DNA of 40,650 nt, from positions 1 through 40,650 of the forward strand of contig JBAXFB010000001.1 in assembly GCA_037140115.1 (NCBI GenBank). The letters run 5' to 3'. This document shows, piece by piece, positions 26,795 to 34,449 of the stretch (its first letter is position 1; every line of letters starts with the position of its first letter). The stretch is from a bacterium. GTDB lineage: Bacteria; Patescibacteriota; Minisyncoccia; Phycocordibacterales; UBA9973. A program made the translations under genes and the position numbers. A model generated the notes under the pieces. The model ran no database searches and was not told where the DNA came from. It saw nothing but the letters and a program-made list of their open reading frames with translations.

Positions 26795-27214
26795 ATGAAA
26801 AAAATATTTAAATATCTTTATTTTTTATTACTAGTATTGTTTTATCCAAGCCTTTCACTGGCAACTAACTTAACGCCTGCAGGAGATACTTGTGAGCTTG
26901 GGACTACCGGGGTGACTTTTAGCTTACTCGTAAAATTTTTTATATGTAACATAAATACAGCCATAATACCTTTAATTTTCGTTCTTGCGTTCCTTATGTT
27001 CGTCTGGGGTGTAGTGAAATTCACCTTGAACAGTAGCGAAGAAATAAAAAAGGAAGAGGGGAGACAATTTATGCTTTGGGGTGTTGTAGGGTTAACAGTT
27101 ATGGTGTGCGTATGGGGGCTTGTTGGTATACTAGCCAACACCTTTCATGTTAACGTAAGGGTTATTCCACAGGTGCAGACTCCGGCTACAACAACACCTC
27201 CTACCACTCCTTAA
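26795..27214 (+). CDS. VirB2/TrbC-like pilin paralog 3
   Basis: Signal peptide (SLSLAT), two Cys, two TM helices with linker NSSEEIKKEEGRQ and motif MLWGVVGLTVMVCVWGLVGILANTF. Confidence 0.55.
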   Translation: MKKIFKYLYFLLLVLFYPSLSLATNLTPAGDTCELGTTGVTFSLLVKFFICNINTAIIPLIFVLAFLMFVWGVVKFTLNSSEEIKKEEGRQFMLWGVVGLTVMVCVWGLVGILANTFHVNVRVIPQVQTPATTTPPTTP

Positions 27215-27327
27215 GTTAATCCCCAGTTGCTTTTGCTTTTAAATATCCTTGTAGTATAATTATCAGTATTATTATTTAAGGTCGTTTTAATTATTAGAAA
27301 TTATTAATAACGTTTCTAGAAAATTAT

Positions 27328-27777
27328 ATGAAAAAGAAATTAGGTGTTTTATTTATGGTTTTTGGTTTGTTGATTAGTGTTGCAGCTCCTATGGCAGCAT
27401 TTGCTGTTACTACTCCTGCTGGTACTGGTACTGGTAATGGTTCTTGTTCTATTACAACTACCGATATAACTGGTGGTGCGTTGAATGGTGGTACAGACTG
27501 GGATTTAAGAGCGGTGATCTGTAGAATAGAAGGTATATTGAGTTCACTGGTTCCTCTTTTGATGATCTTTGGATTTCTTTACTTCATTTGGGGAGTTATC
27601 TCTTATGTTATCGCTGGTGATGAAGAAGCTAAGACAGCAGGTAGAGACAGAATCATCTACGGAGTTATTGGATTCACAGCTATCGTTACACTTTGGGGAT
27701 TGGTAGCAATCTTGGCAAACACATTCAACATAAACAAAGCAGTCACTGTGACTCTTCCAGTCATTACCAGTCATTAA
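27328..27777 (+). CDS. VirB2/TrbC-like pilin paralog 4
   Basis: Signal peptide (MAAFAV), two Cys, linker AGDEEAKTAGRDR, motif IIYGVIGFTAIVTLWGLVAILANTF (nearly the same tail as paralog 3). Confidence 0.55.
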   Translation: MKKKLGVLFMVFGLLISVAAPMAAFAVTTPAGTGTGNGSCSITTTDITGGALNGGTDWDLRAVICRIEGILSSLVPLLMIFGFLYFIWGVISYVIAGDEEAKTAGRDRIIYGVIGFTAIVTLWGLVAILANTFNINKAVTVTLPVITSH

Positions 27778-27816
27778 CAGTGTACAATGAAACTAAGATT
27801 CTTAAATATTGATTAA

Positions 27817-28140
27817 ATGGAATTTTTTTCTACAAAGGTAGCCTATGCAAGTATAGATACTTTTCTTGGAAAAGTTGAAACCCAGATCGTCAACCCTATC
27901 ATCGTCTTACTTTTTGCTCTAGCGTTAATGTACTTTCTTTATGGAGTTTTTGAATTCATAATGAACAGTGCTAACGACGAAAAGAAGACCACTGGTAAGG
28001 AACATATGCTTTGGGGGGTTATAGGTTTGACTATCATGCTTGGGGTTTGGTTTATTCTAGGAGTCGTATTGGATACATTCAATATTCCTAGAAACCAGAT
28101 TGATCCTGAGCATGGCAAGGTCAACTTACCTGTAAAGTAG
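27817..28140 (+). CDS. VirB2/TrbC-like pilin paralog 5 (no Cys pair)
   Basis: Two TM helices with linker NSANDEKKTTGKEH and motif MLWGVIGLTIMLGVWFILGVVLDTF. Confidence 0.5.
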   Translation: MEFFSTKVAYASIDTFLGKVETQIVNPIIVLLFALALMYFLYGVFEFIMNSANDEKKTTGKEHMLWGVIGLTIMLGVWFILGVVLDTFNIPRNQIDPEHGKVNLPVK

Positions 28141-28164
28141 CAAAAGTTATTGAAATAGAAAATA

Positions 28165-28194
28165 AAAGACCCTAGCTTTGGCTAGGGTCTTTTA
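28165..28194. terminator. Bidirectional terminator
   Basis: AAAAGACCCTAGC-tttg-GCTAGGGTCTTTT between convergent genes. Confidence 0.8.
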
Positions 28195-28197
28195 TTT

Positions 28198-28644
28198 TTA
28201 ACTATGCTTTAGGGGAGATGAATGATATTTGTCTTCTGCACCATAAGCCTTTCTGACTAGGACCACGATGGCTAAGATAAGTATCGCTAAGATCAACCAT
28301 TGGATTAAGCCTGAAGGCAAGAAGCTGTTTGAGCCAAAGATCGCTGCAGCTCCAAGGTTTGTACCAGCGTTATTATTGTAAGTAGGTTCTACTGGGACTG
28401 ATTTCGCATCAGTGTTGGAAATAATGTTTGGAATAAATGTTGCTGGTGCAGAAGGCGCAATGTCAGGTGTTGTGGCCATACTTATACCTCCACTTGATAT
28501 AGAAGTAGCAGGGCCAGCACAGTTAGCTGCTAATACACTGTTCAAAGGAGTGAAAAGTAAGCCAGAAGCCATAATTAATAACATTCCCAAGTTCAAAACT
28601 ATTGATTTGTTATTTGTATTACTCATATAAAGATAGTATAGCAT
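28198..28644 (-). CDS. Secreted low-complexity protein with C-terminal TM anchor
   Basis: N-terminal signal-like helix, Ala/Ser/Pro/Asn-rich middle region, C-terminal helix LIQWLILAILILAIVVLV followed by basic residues. Confidence 0.55.
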   Translation of the reverse strand: MLYYLYMSNTNNKSIVLNLGMLLIMASGLLFTPLNSVLAANCAGPATSISSGGISMATTPDIAPSAPATFIPNIISNTDAKSVPVEPTYNNNAGTNLGAAAIFGSNSFLPSGLIQWLILAILILAIVVLVRKAYGAEDKYHSSPLKHS

Positions 28645-28716
28645 ATATGAGTCTCATTGTCAAGTGTAAAAATAAGCCACATTTTATAGCCTATTTTAGG
28701 CTAATTTGATGTTGTG

Positions 28717-28798
28717 TGGGCAAGGGGGGACTCGAACCCCCAAGTCTTGCGACATTAGTTCCTAAGACTAACGCGTATACCAATTCCGCCACTTGCCC
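28717..28798 (-). tRNA. tRNA-Leu (anticodon UAG), type II with long variable arm
   Basis: The reverse complement folds as GGGCAAG/CTTGCCC acceptor, anticodon loop CTTAGGA, variable arm TGTCGCAAGACTT, T-arm GGGGG-TTCGAGT-CCCCC. Confidence 0.93.
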
Positions 28799-28893
28799 AA
28801 TAAGAATTATTTCTTACCTGAACAAGCATAGCATATTTTCTAAAAAAATCACTCTTATTTGTAGGATGTACCACATTTAGATGTTATACTTTT

Positions 28894-30012
28894 TTGGTGA
28901 AAAATTTTCTCAGGAATTTCCCCATAGAGATGTACGTCCTTTTGTTTCCTTCTATTCTTTTTTTATTAGTGGTGAGTGTATACCTGACTTTTCAAGGTTC
29001 CACTTTTATTGAAGATTTTTTTCATGGATATTTCCTATATCAGCTTTTTGCTATAGATGTCATCTTGCCTGTGGTTACACTCGTACTAGCGTCCAACCTT
29101 GTTGAGATTTCAATCATGTTAAGTAAAGGTGTCGAACGTTCTTTGATTTTTAGATTTTTACGAAGCGCCTTTTTTCTTCTAAGTGTTTTTTCTATTAGTC
29201 TTGTGTCTTTATCTGTTGGGGTTCAGTTTGTTTTTATGAAGGCTGATCCTGTTCGTGTCGCCACAATGTCTGTTATGTTTACCCATTGGGATCACGTACT
29301 CTTTGGAGCATATCCTTGGATTTCTTGGCACTCGTTCTTTACTGGCCCTTGCCTGCAACAGTTTATATATTTTTCTTATTCAAGTCTTGTGTCCGTTCTC
29401 ATTATTGTTTTAGTAGTTTCATTCCTACACAAAACACATATCTTGAGAAAGTTAGTGCTATCTTTTTGTTTAGTTACTTTTTTAGGTATGCCATTTTGGA
29501 TTGCTCTACCATCTTTATCTCCAGACCTAATGTATCGAGTAAATATTTTGGGTGTTTCTGTGCAATCTGATGTGAAAGAATCTCTTGAAGGTACTAGTTT
29601 TTCTAAAATTACTGAGGACACATTGGATACTCTTGAAAAATTTTGGTCTGACCCCAAAAAGGAGTCTTTGCCTGTAACTTCTTTTCCATCCATGCATGCA
29701 GCTTGGGGTGTTATTGTTACAGTTGTGGGTATAGAGCTTTGGGCACCATCTGCTTTTTTTCTGATCCCTTGGCTCTTGGCTGAGTTAGTTGCCACAGTGC
29801 TTACGTTGGAACATTATGCTGTGGATACGATCTTCGGGGCACTCTTAGGCTTACTTGCTTTGTGTGTTGCATCGCGTCTACTTTCTTTTGATAAAAAAAG
29901 ATTTGTCGATAAGTGGGACTTGTTCCTTTCAATAGGTCAAATCCAGACAGATTTAGAAAAGGCAGTAGATTGGCTAAAAGCGAAAATAAAATACGCTTTA
30001 AAGCTAACTTAG
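28894..30012 (+). CDS. PAP2-superfamily membrane protein (phosphatase/phosphotransferase-like)
   Basis: Polytopic. SFPSMHAAW and LEHYAVD match PAP2 C2/C3 motifs (SxH, HxxxD). The track start is TTG 28894. ATG 28930 is an alternative. Confidence 0.65.
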   Translation: MVKNFLRNFPIEMYVLLFPSILFLLVVSVYLTFQGSTFIEDFFHGYFLYQLFAIDVILPVVTLVLASNLVEISIMLSKGVERSLIFRFLRSAFFLLSVFSISLVSLSVGVQFVFMKADPVRVATMSVMFTHWDHVLFGAYPWISWHSFFTGPCLQQFIYFSYSSLVSVLIIVLVVSFLHKTHILRKLVLSFCLVTFLGMPFWIALPSLSPDLMYRVNILGVSVQSDVKESLEGTSFSKITEDTLDTLEKFWSDPKKESLPVTSFPSMHAAWGVIVTVVGIELWAPSAFFLIPWLLAELVATVLTLEHYAVDTIFGALLGLLALCVASRLLSFDKKRFVDKWDLFLSIGQIQTDLEKAVDWLKAKIKYALKLT

Positions 30013-30072
30013 TCATTGTGCCCCTAATAGTATCAAATTGGAACCTAATTATCAACCAAATAAAGGGTTTTT

Positions 30073-30663
30073 CTATGTCTTAACCTTTTTAAATTTTCTC
30101 AAAAAGACTATTTCTCCTATTATTATGAATTTCGTTAATAGAACTGAGGCAGGATATATCCAGTTAACTAGAGAGTAGCTACCCATAGAAAAAATAGATA
30201 GAGAATGTTTTACTGCATCCACATACATTGAACCCAATGACTCACTGTGTGGTGCATGCCAAGTTTTTCGCATAGTTGGAAAGAACGCTATTAAATCAAT
30301 AAGTGTTGCAAGTATAACTGACCATAATACACTATCAACTAAAAGCCAAGGTAGAATTGCCACTAAAGAAAAAACTAAACATATTTTATCAAACCTCGTA
30401 ATATCTTTTGTGCCGTATCCACCCCTTAAAGAAAGAATTAATGTGAAAATAGTTACAATTGCTGCGACTCCTGTTGCCCACGATCCTGGACCTCCACCAG
30501 AGACCCATTGTCCAAAGAAAGCTATTGTAGTGACAATGGCCCAGATAAGCCAAGTGTATGTATGAGGTTTTGTATTACCCCGAAAAATATCTTTAATGTA
30601 TAGAAAGGAACTGAAAAGGGCAAGAAGTGCTGCAATTGCTCCAAGGATTATTTTTATGTCCAT
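30073..30663 (-). CDS. Polytopic membrane protein, unknown function
   Basis: 196-aa ORF with about 6 hydrophobic helices. Flanked by a 16/17-nt direct repeat. Confidence 0.55.
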   Translation of the reverse strand: MDIKIILGAIAALLALFSSFLYIKDIFRGNTKPHTYTWLIWAIVTTIAFFGQWVSGGGPGSWATGVAAIVTIFTLILSLRGGYGTKDITRFDKICLVFSLVAILPWLLVDSVLWSVILATLIDLIAFFPTMRKTWHAPHSESLGSMYVDAVKHSLSIFSMGSYSLVNWIYPASVLLTKFIIIGEIVFLRKFKKVKT

Positions 30664-30738
30664 TTCAGAATTGTATCAAATTTGGAACCAAAAGACTCAA
30701 GGTAGCAACAAAAAGCATAATTTGCTATACTTATTTCT

Positions 30739-32049
30739 ATGATAAAGTCGGTAAGCATAAAAAACTTCAGAAGTATAGAAAACCAGAAGGTTGAACTTAC
30801 GCCTATAGTTTTTATTTATGGTAATAATGCGGCTGGTAAGTCGTCTTTATTCTATTCTTTTAATATTCTTAGAAACATAGTATCTAACCCAAACCAGCCG
30901 ATAGATAGTTTTTTTAGTTTAGGTTTTGCAAACCTTGGTAGTTTTAAAAAGGTTGTAACCAAACATGATGAAACAAAGACAATCACAATTTCTATAGATG
31001 GTTTGGTGGGTAAGGTAAATTTTACATATGGAGTCAAAATCAATCCAAAAAGGAGTGAATTTTTCTTGCATCTAGATAAACCTTATTCTTTAGAATTTTC
31101 TTTGCCAGTTACTTTTCCTTATCCACTTAACTTGAATGTTGAAAATCCTGTTACTTTTGATGATGTAGAATATAAAATAAACTGGAATGGAGTAACTGCG
31201 CAAGTAAGTTCAACAATTGCGACTCCCACCGACAGTTCAAATAAAAAGATAAGAGAGATTACTTTTTTATTGAACAAAATTGCAGAACTTATTCGTTCCG
31301 TTGATTTGGTTTCTGTTAGAAGAGGTTTTTTTGAACCCCAATATGGAGCTGTCAACATTACTCAATTTCCCATAAAAGAAGAAGAAGTTGCTTCAGTTCT
31401 GGCTGTGGATGAAAATCTTGATCATCAAGTTAATTCTTACTTAGAACAAATGATAGGGCGTCAATTTAGAGCTAAACCCAAATTAGGTACTTCTCTTGCT
31501 GAATTAACTACTATTGACCCAGAAGCAAAAATAAATTCCGATGTAGTTAATGATGGTTTTGGAGTTAACCAATTGGTATTCGTTTTAGCAAAGATGTTAA
31601 ATAAAAGTATACATACTGTATGCCTAGAAGAACCAGAATCTAACTTACACCCAGGGGCAGTTAGAAAACTTCCACAATCATTTATTGAAATAGCAAAAAA
31701 AGAAAATAAGCAATTAATTATTACAACCCACAGCGAGGCCTTAATTATTGCAATGCTTTCTGCTGTGGCAAAAGGTGAGGTTGCAAAAGAAGATGTGAGT
31801 TTTTACTTAACGCTAAGACAATCTGATACTGGTATTACATCTTTTGAAAAACAAGAAGTTTCAGAAGAAGGAGAAATACCAGGTGGTCTTAAAAGTTTTA
31901 TGGCTGGAGAACTTGAGGACATAAAAGGATTTTTTAAATCAAAACGAGGTAAGAAAAATGTAGAAAAAATGGTAGATGATAATACTCAAATTGCACATCA
32001 AGATTCAACAGAGAATCAAAATACAATTGAAAAACCATTGGAGCAATAA
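30739..32049 (+). CDS. ABC/AAA15-AAA21-type ATPase (OLD/Gabija GajA/PARIS AriA/Septu PtuA-like ATPase architecture)
   Basis: N-terminus SIKNFRSI plus Walker A GNNAAGKSS. C-terminal NDGFGVNQL (signature-like), Walker B VCLEEPESNLHP, H-loop ITTHS. TATACT at 30726-30731 lies 7 nt before the ATG. Confidence 0.8.
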   Translation: MIKSVSIKNFRSIENQKVELTPIVFIYGNNAAGKSSLFYSFNILRNIVSNPNQPIDSFFSLGFANLGSFKKVVTKHDETKTITISIDGLVGKVNFTYGVKINPKRSEFFLHLDKPYSLEFSLPVTFPYPLNLNVENPVTFDDVEYKINWNGVTAQVSSTIATPTDSSNKKIREITFLLNKIAELIRSVDLVSVRRGFFEPQYGAVNITQFPIKEEEVASVLAVDENLDHQVNSYLEQMIGRQFRAKPKLGTSLAELTTIDPEAKINSDVVNDGFGVNQLVFVLAKMLNKSIHTVCLEEPESNLHPGAVRKLPQSFIEIAKKENKQLIITTHSEALIIAMLSAVAKGEVAKEDVSFYLTLRQSDTGITSFEKQEVSEEGEIPGGLKSFMAGELEDIKGFFKSKRGKKNVEKMVDDNTQIAHQDSTENQNTIEKPLEQ

Positions 32050-32057
32050 ACATTTTT

Positions 32058-32558
32058 ATGTCAGTTCCTATTATTGTAGATGAATGGCTATTTGAAGACT
32101 TAGCTGGTAAAAATGGTGCAGATAAACAAAGCCAAGCTGTACAATTTTTGTATAAGCTTGAAGAAATTTGTGATCGAATTGTTGTTTTAGAGGGAAGTCC
32201 TTTTGAGAAAAAAATGCATGATCTTATGGGGAGCACAAATGATTCTTGTCGTTTTAGAGCAGCTAGAAGTGTTTTCATTGAACTTATAAGTAGCAACTCC
32301 TTGAAGAAGTGTTTTATTGCCAAGGAAGACATAAGTGCTTTGCCTGATGATGTTATAAAACTTATTCACAAAATAAATCCTTCCTCAACAAAAGACCACT
32401 ACTTATTCCAAGCCCACCAAAAACTAAAACATAAAGATTGTTTTATCTTAACTAGCGATGGTCGCTGGGAAAATGAAAAATTAAAGAAAAAAGGTTTTCG
32501 GATTGTAATGAAAGATTCTTTTATTACTCAATATTTGGAACGTGAGATTTCTAATTAG
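32058..32558 (+). CDS. Hypothetical 166-aa partner protein, PIN-like acidic-residue pattern (possible nuclease effector)
   Basis: Starts 9 nt after the ATPase stop. PIIVDEWLFEDL (N-terminal Asp), LEEICD, KDHYLFQAH, FILTSDGRW give a D...E...D...D spacing like PIN-fold domains. Assignment is by eye only. Confidence 0.4.
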   Translation: MSVPIIVDEWLFEDLAGKNGADKQSQAVQFLYKLEEICDRIVVLEGSPFEKKMHDLMGSTNDSCRFRAARSVFIELISSNSLKKCFIAKEDISALPDDVIKLIHKINPSSTKDHYLFQAHQKLKHKDCFILTSDGRWENEKLKKKGFRIVMKDSFITQYLEREISN

Positions 32559-32703
32559 GTTCTTTGATTTTTGCAAAAGTTAAAAACAGTCTAGCATACG
32601 AGTCAAGATATTCATTGGCAGTTTCTTTAGATATGTCTAAGTTGTGTTCTTCTTTAAAGTTTTTAATGAGTTCTTCTATCAGTTTGTCGCTATACTGGTG
32701 CAT
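32551..32703 (-). CDS. Small ORF a, 50 aa: MHQYSDKLIEELIKNFKEEHNLDISKETANEYLDSYARLFLTFAKIKEPN
   Basis: Not in the ORF track (under 60 aa). 24 of 49 ungapped identities with the adjacent small ORF b. Its stop overlaps the convergent 32058-32558 stop in the palindrome CTAATTAG. Confidence 0.55.
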   Translation of the reverse strand: MHQYSDKLIEELIKNFKEEHNLDISKETANEYLDSYARLFLTFAKIKEPN

Positions 32704-32709
32704 AAAAAT

Positions 32710-32859
32710 TTATTTTTCTTTAGATTCAGCAAATACAGCAAACATTCCTCCTAGGGAGTCTAAATATTCAACAGCAGTTTCTTCATTGACATGATGATTA
32801 TATCTTTTAGTAAAATAGATAATTATTCTTTGTATAAGTTTGTCGCTATATTTATGCAT
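32710..32859 (-). CDS. Small ORF b, 49 aa: MHKYSDKLIQRIIIYFTKRYNHHVNEETAVEYLDSLGGMFAVFAESKEK
   Basis: Not in the ORF track. The ATG overlaps the DUF2726 gene stop (ATGCATAA), which suggests translational coupling. Paralog of ORF a. Confidence 0.55.
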   Translation of the reverse strand: MHKYSDKLIQRIIIYFTKRYNHHVNEETAVEYLDSLGGMFAVFAESKEK

Positions 32860-33328
32860 GAAGTTTTTCTTTTATTCTAGTTATTGATTGAGCAAAATCA
32901 GTTCCAACTTTAACCGTCTCAAAAGGTAGTCCTGCATCCTCAAAAATTTGCTTTTTTATAGAATCTTTTTGTTCTTGTCTTGGACTATTATGATAACCAC
33001 CATTCACTTCTATGGCGACCACAGGCTTAAAATAATAATCACAAATTAAAAAGTCTATATGTTTCGGTAAAACACTATTTCTCATGTGATAGTAGCCTCT
33101 ACCGCTTTTAGTTTCTATGATGTCAGCGATACGCATCTTTGGAAAAATATGATAGCCCTGAGGTAATTGTTTTTGTAGTTCAAAGAAGAAAGCAGATTCA
33201 GTGCTATTCATTACGCTTGATCGCTTTTTGTAAATGCTATCTTTCCTTGCGTCAGTTCTGGGTTGTTTCAAATACGGTACTAGAAAAACAGCAAGCAATA
33301 CAACTACAATAAAAAATATTATTACCAT
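32852..33328 (-). CDS. Membrane-anchored DUF2726-like (restriction-endonuclease-fold) protein
   Basis: N-terminal TM helix, then STESAFFFELQKQLPQGYHIFPKMRIADII...HIDFLICD...VVAIEVNGGYH...RQEQKDSIKKQIFEDAGLPF. This matches the DUF2726 pattern (D...E.x nuclease core) as I recall it. Confidence 0.7.
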   Translation of the reverse strand: MVIIFFIVVVLLAVFLVPYLKQPRTDARKDSIYKKRSSVMNSTESAFFFELQKQLPQGYHIFPKMRIADIIETKSGRGYYHMRNSVLPKHIDFLICDYYFKPVVAIEVNGGYHNSPRQEQKDSIKKQIFEDAGLPFETVKVGTDFAQSITRIKEKLHA

Positions 33329-33353
33329 AATTAATTTTGTTAAAAAATAATTA

Positions 33354-33480
33354 TGATGGGCTAGAAAACAAAAAGCCCATCACGGGTAGAGACTTGCGTC
33401 TCTCGTATAAGTTTCCCTATACGGCCTATCAAGCGACCCCATGACGGGTTCTTTACTCTTGATAGGACTTTTAGCCATGC
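33354..33480. ncRNA. GC-rich structured intergenic segment (candidate ncRNA or leader; strand unresolved)
   Basis: Hairpins GATGGGCT-11 nt-AGCCCATC, GAGAC-ttgc-GTCTC, CCTATCAAG-24 nt-CTTGATAGG. Direct repeat CCCATCACGGGT / CCCATGACGGGT. Sits in a 230-bp divergent intergenic region. Confidence 0.3.
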
Positions 33481-33558
33481 CATTTCTGGTTTAGACTACT
33501 TATTAAGTTATGTTGAGAATTATAGCTTTTTGGCTCTAAAATTGCTAGATTTAAAATT

Positions 33559-34359
33559 ATGGATAAGTTTATAGATGTTATTAAATCTCATTATGAAATG
33601 GCTCTCAAAAGTGGCACAGGACTCCCTTTCTATAGTGATGTTAATCACTATCTTTTTTACATAATCAAAACTCCCAAACTCTACGCTATTATCACAGACG
33701 AATATGCAAAATTAAAAAATGAATTAAAGGAAATTAAAGAGAATCCTTTTTTATCGTCTTCGGCAGAAGAAGACATTTTAGACCAAACAAAAAAAATTTC
33801 ACTATATACAGATTATATAGTCTTATATAAAGCAATCTATCTTCCTTTTCAAGCGAACGACAACGAATCCATTCTCAGCGAAGAAAATTCAAAAGCCCTT
33901 TTCTATCTAGGTGGCATTGAAAAGGTTCCTGAAAAAGAACGCTCATTTTGGCAAGATTCATTCGCCTCACACTTTGAAAGAAATAAAAAACATTTTACTA
34001 ATTTACATTTTAAACTGTTAGAGATTTTGGAAACAAAAAATAAGGAATTAGTTGTAAAAAATAAAGATTTTGATTTTGATGTTAATACTGGTCAATTTAG
34101 ATATTTTAAAACAAAGGGCACTTTTTCTCCTAAAAAGAAAGAATTTAAATTCTTAAAAACACTTTATTTTAAAAATAGCCACCAAGCTACTTACGCAGAG
34201 CTATCTGATGTTGATCAAGCTTCCAGAAACGACAAAATTAAATTAACTGAGACTGTTAGAAATGTAAAAACCAAACTAGGTATTCTTTCAAAGACTAAAC
34301 ACAAAAATAAAGATATTATAAAAACCGTTTCAGGATATGGTTATGAATTAGATATCTAG
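33559..34359 (+). CDS. Hypothetical protein with C-terminal OmpR/CadC-type winged-helix DNA-binding domain
   Basis: The C-terminus KKEFKFLKTLYF...ATYAEL...LTETVRNVKTKLGI...IIKTVSGYGYELDI fits the trans_reg_C pattern (EF..L, V...V..LR.KL, I.TV.G.GY.L). No receiver domain. Confidence 0.55.
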   Translation: MDKFIDVIKSHYEMALKSGTGLPFYSDVNHYLFYIIKTPKLYAIITDEYAKLKNELKEIKENPFLSSSAEEDILDQTKKISLYTDYIVLYKAIYLPFQANDNESILSEENSKALFYLGGIEKVPEKERSFWQDSFASHFERNKKHFTNLHFKLLEILETKNKELVVKNKDFDFDVNTGQFRYFKTKGTFSPKKKEFKFLKTLYFKNSHQATYAELSDVDQASRNDKIKLTETVRNVKTKLGILSKTKHKNKDIIKTVSGYGYELDI

Positions 34360-34404
34360 CACCAGAAAATTCCCATAATTTTTCGTACTAACCAATAGTC
34401 ATTT

Positions 34405-34428
34405 CCTCTACTATGATAGAGGTTTTTT
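34405..34428 (+). terminator. Rho-independent terminator
   Basis: CCTCTA-ctatga-TAGAGG followed by TTTTTT. Confidence 0.7.
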
Positions 34429-34449
34429 GTTATGGGTCGATCTGGTGCA

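Noticed and set aside
32564-32794. 76-aa plus-strand ORF between the PIN-like gene and the DUF2726 gene
   Set aside because: It is the antisense shadow of two paralogous minus-strand small ORFs (32551-32703 and 32710-32859). Their mutual similarity and their coupling to the upstream gene are better evidence of coding.
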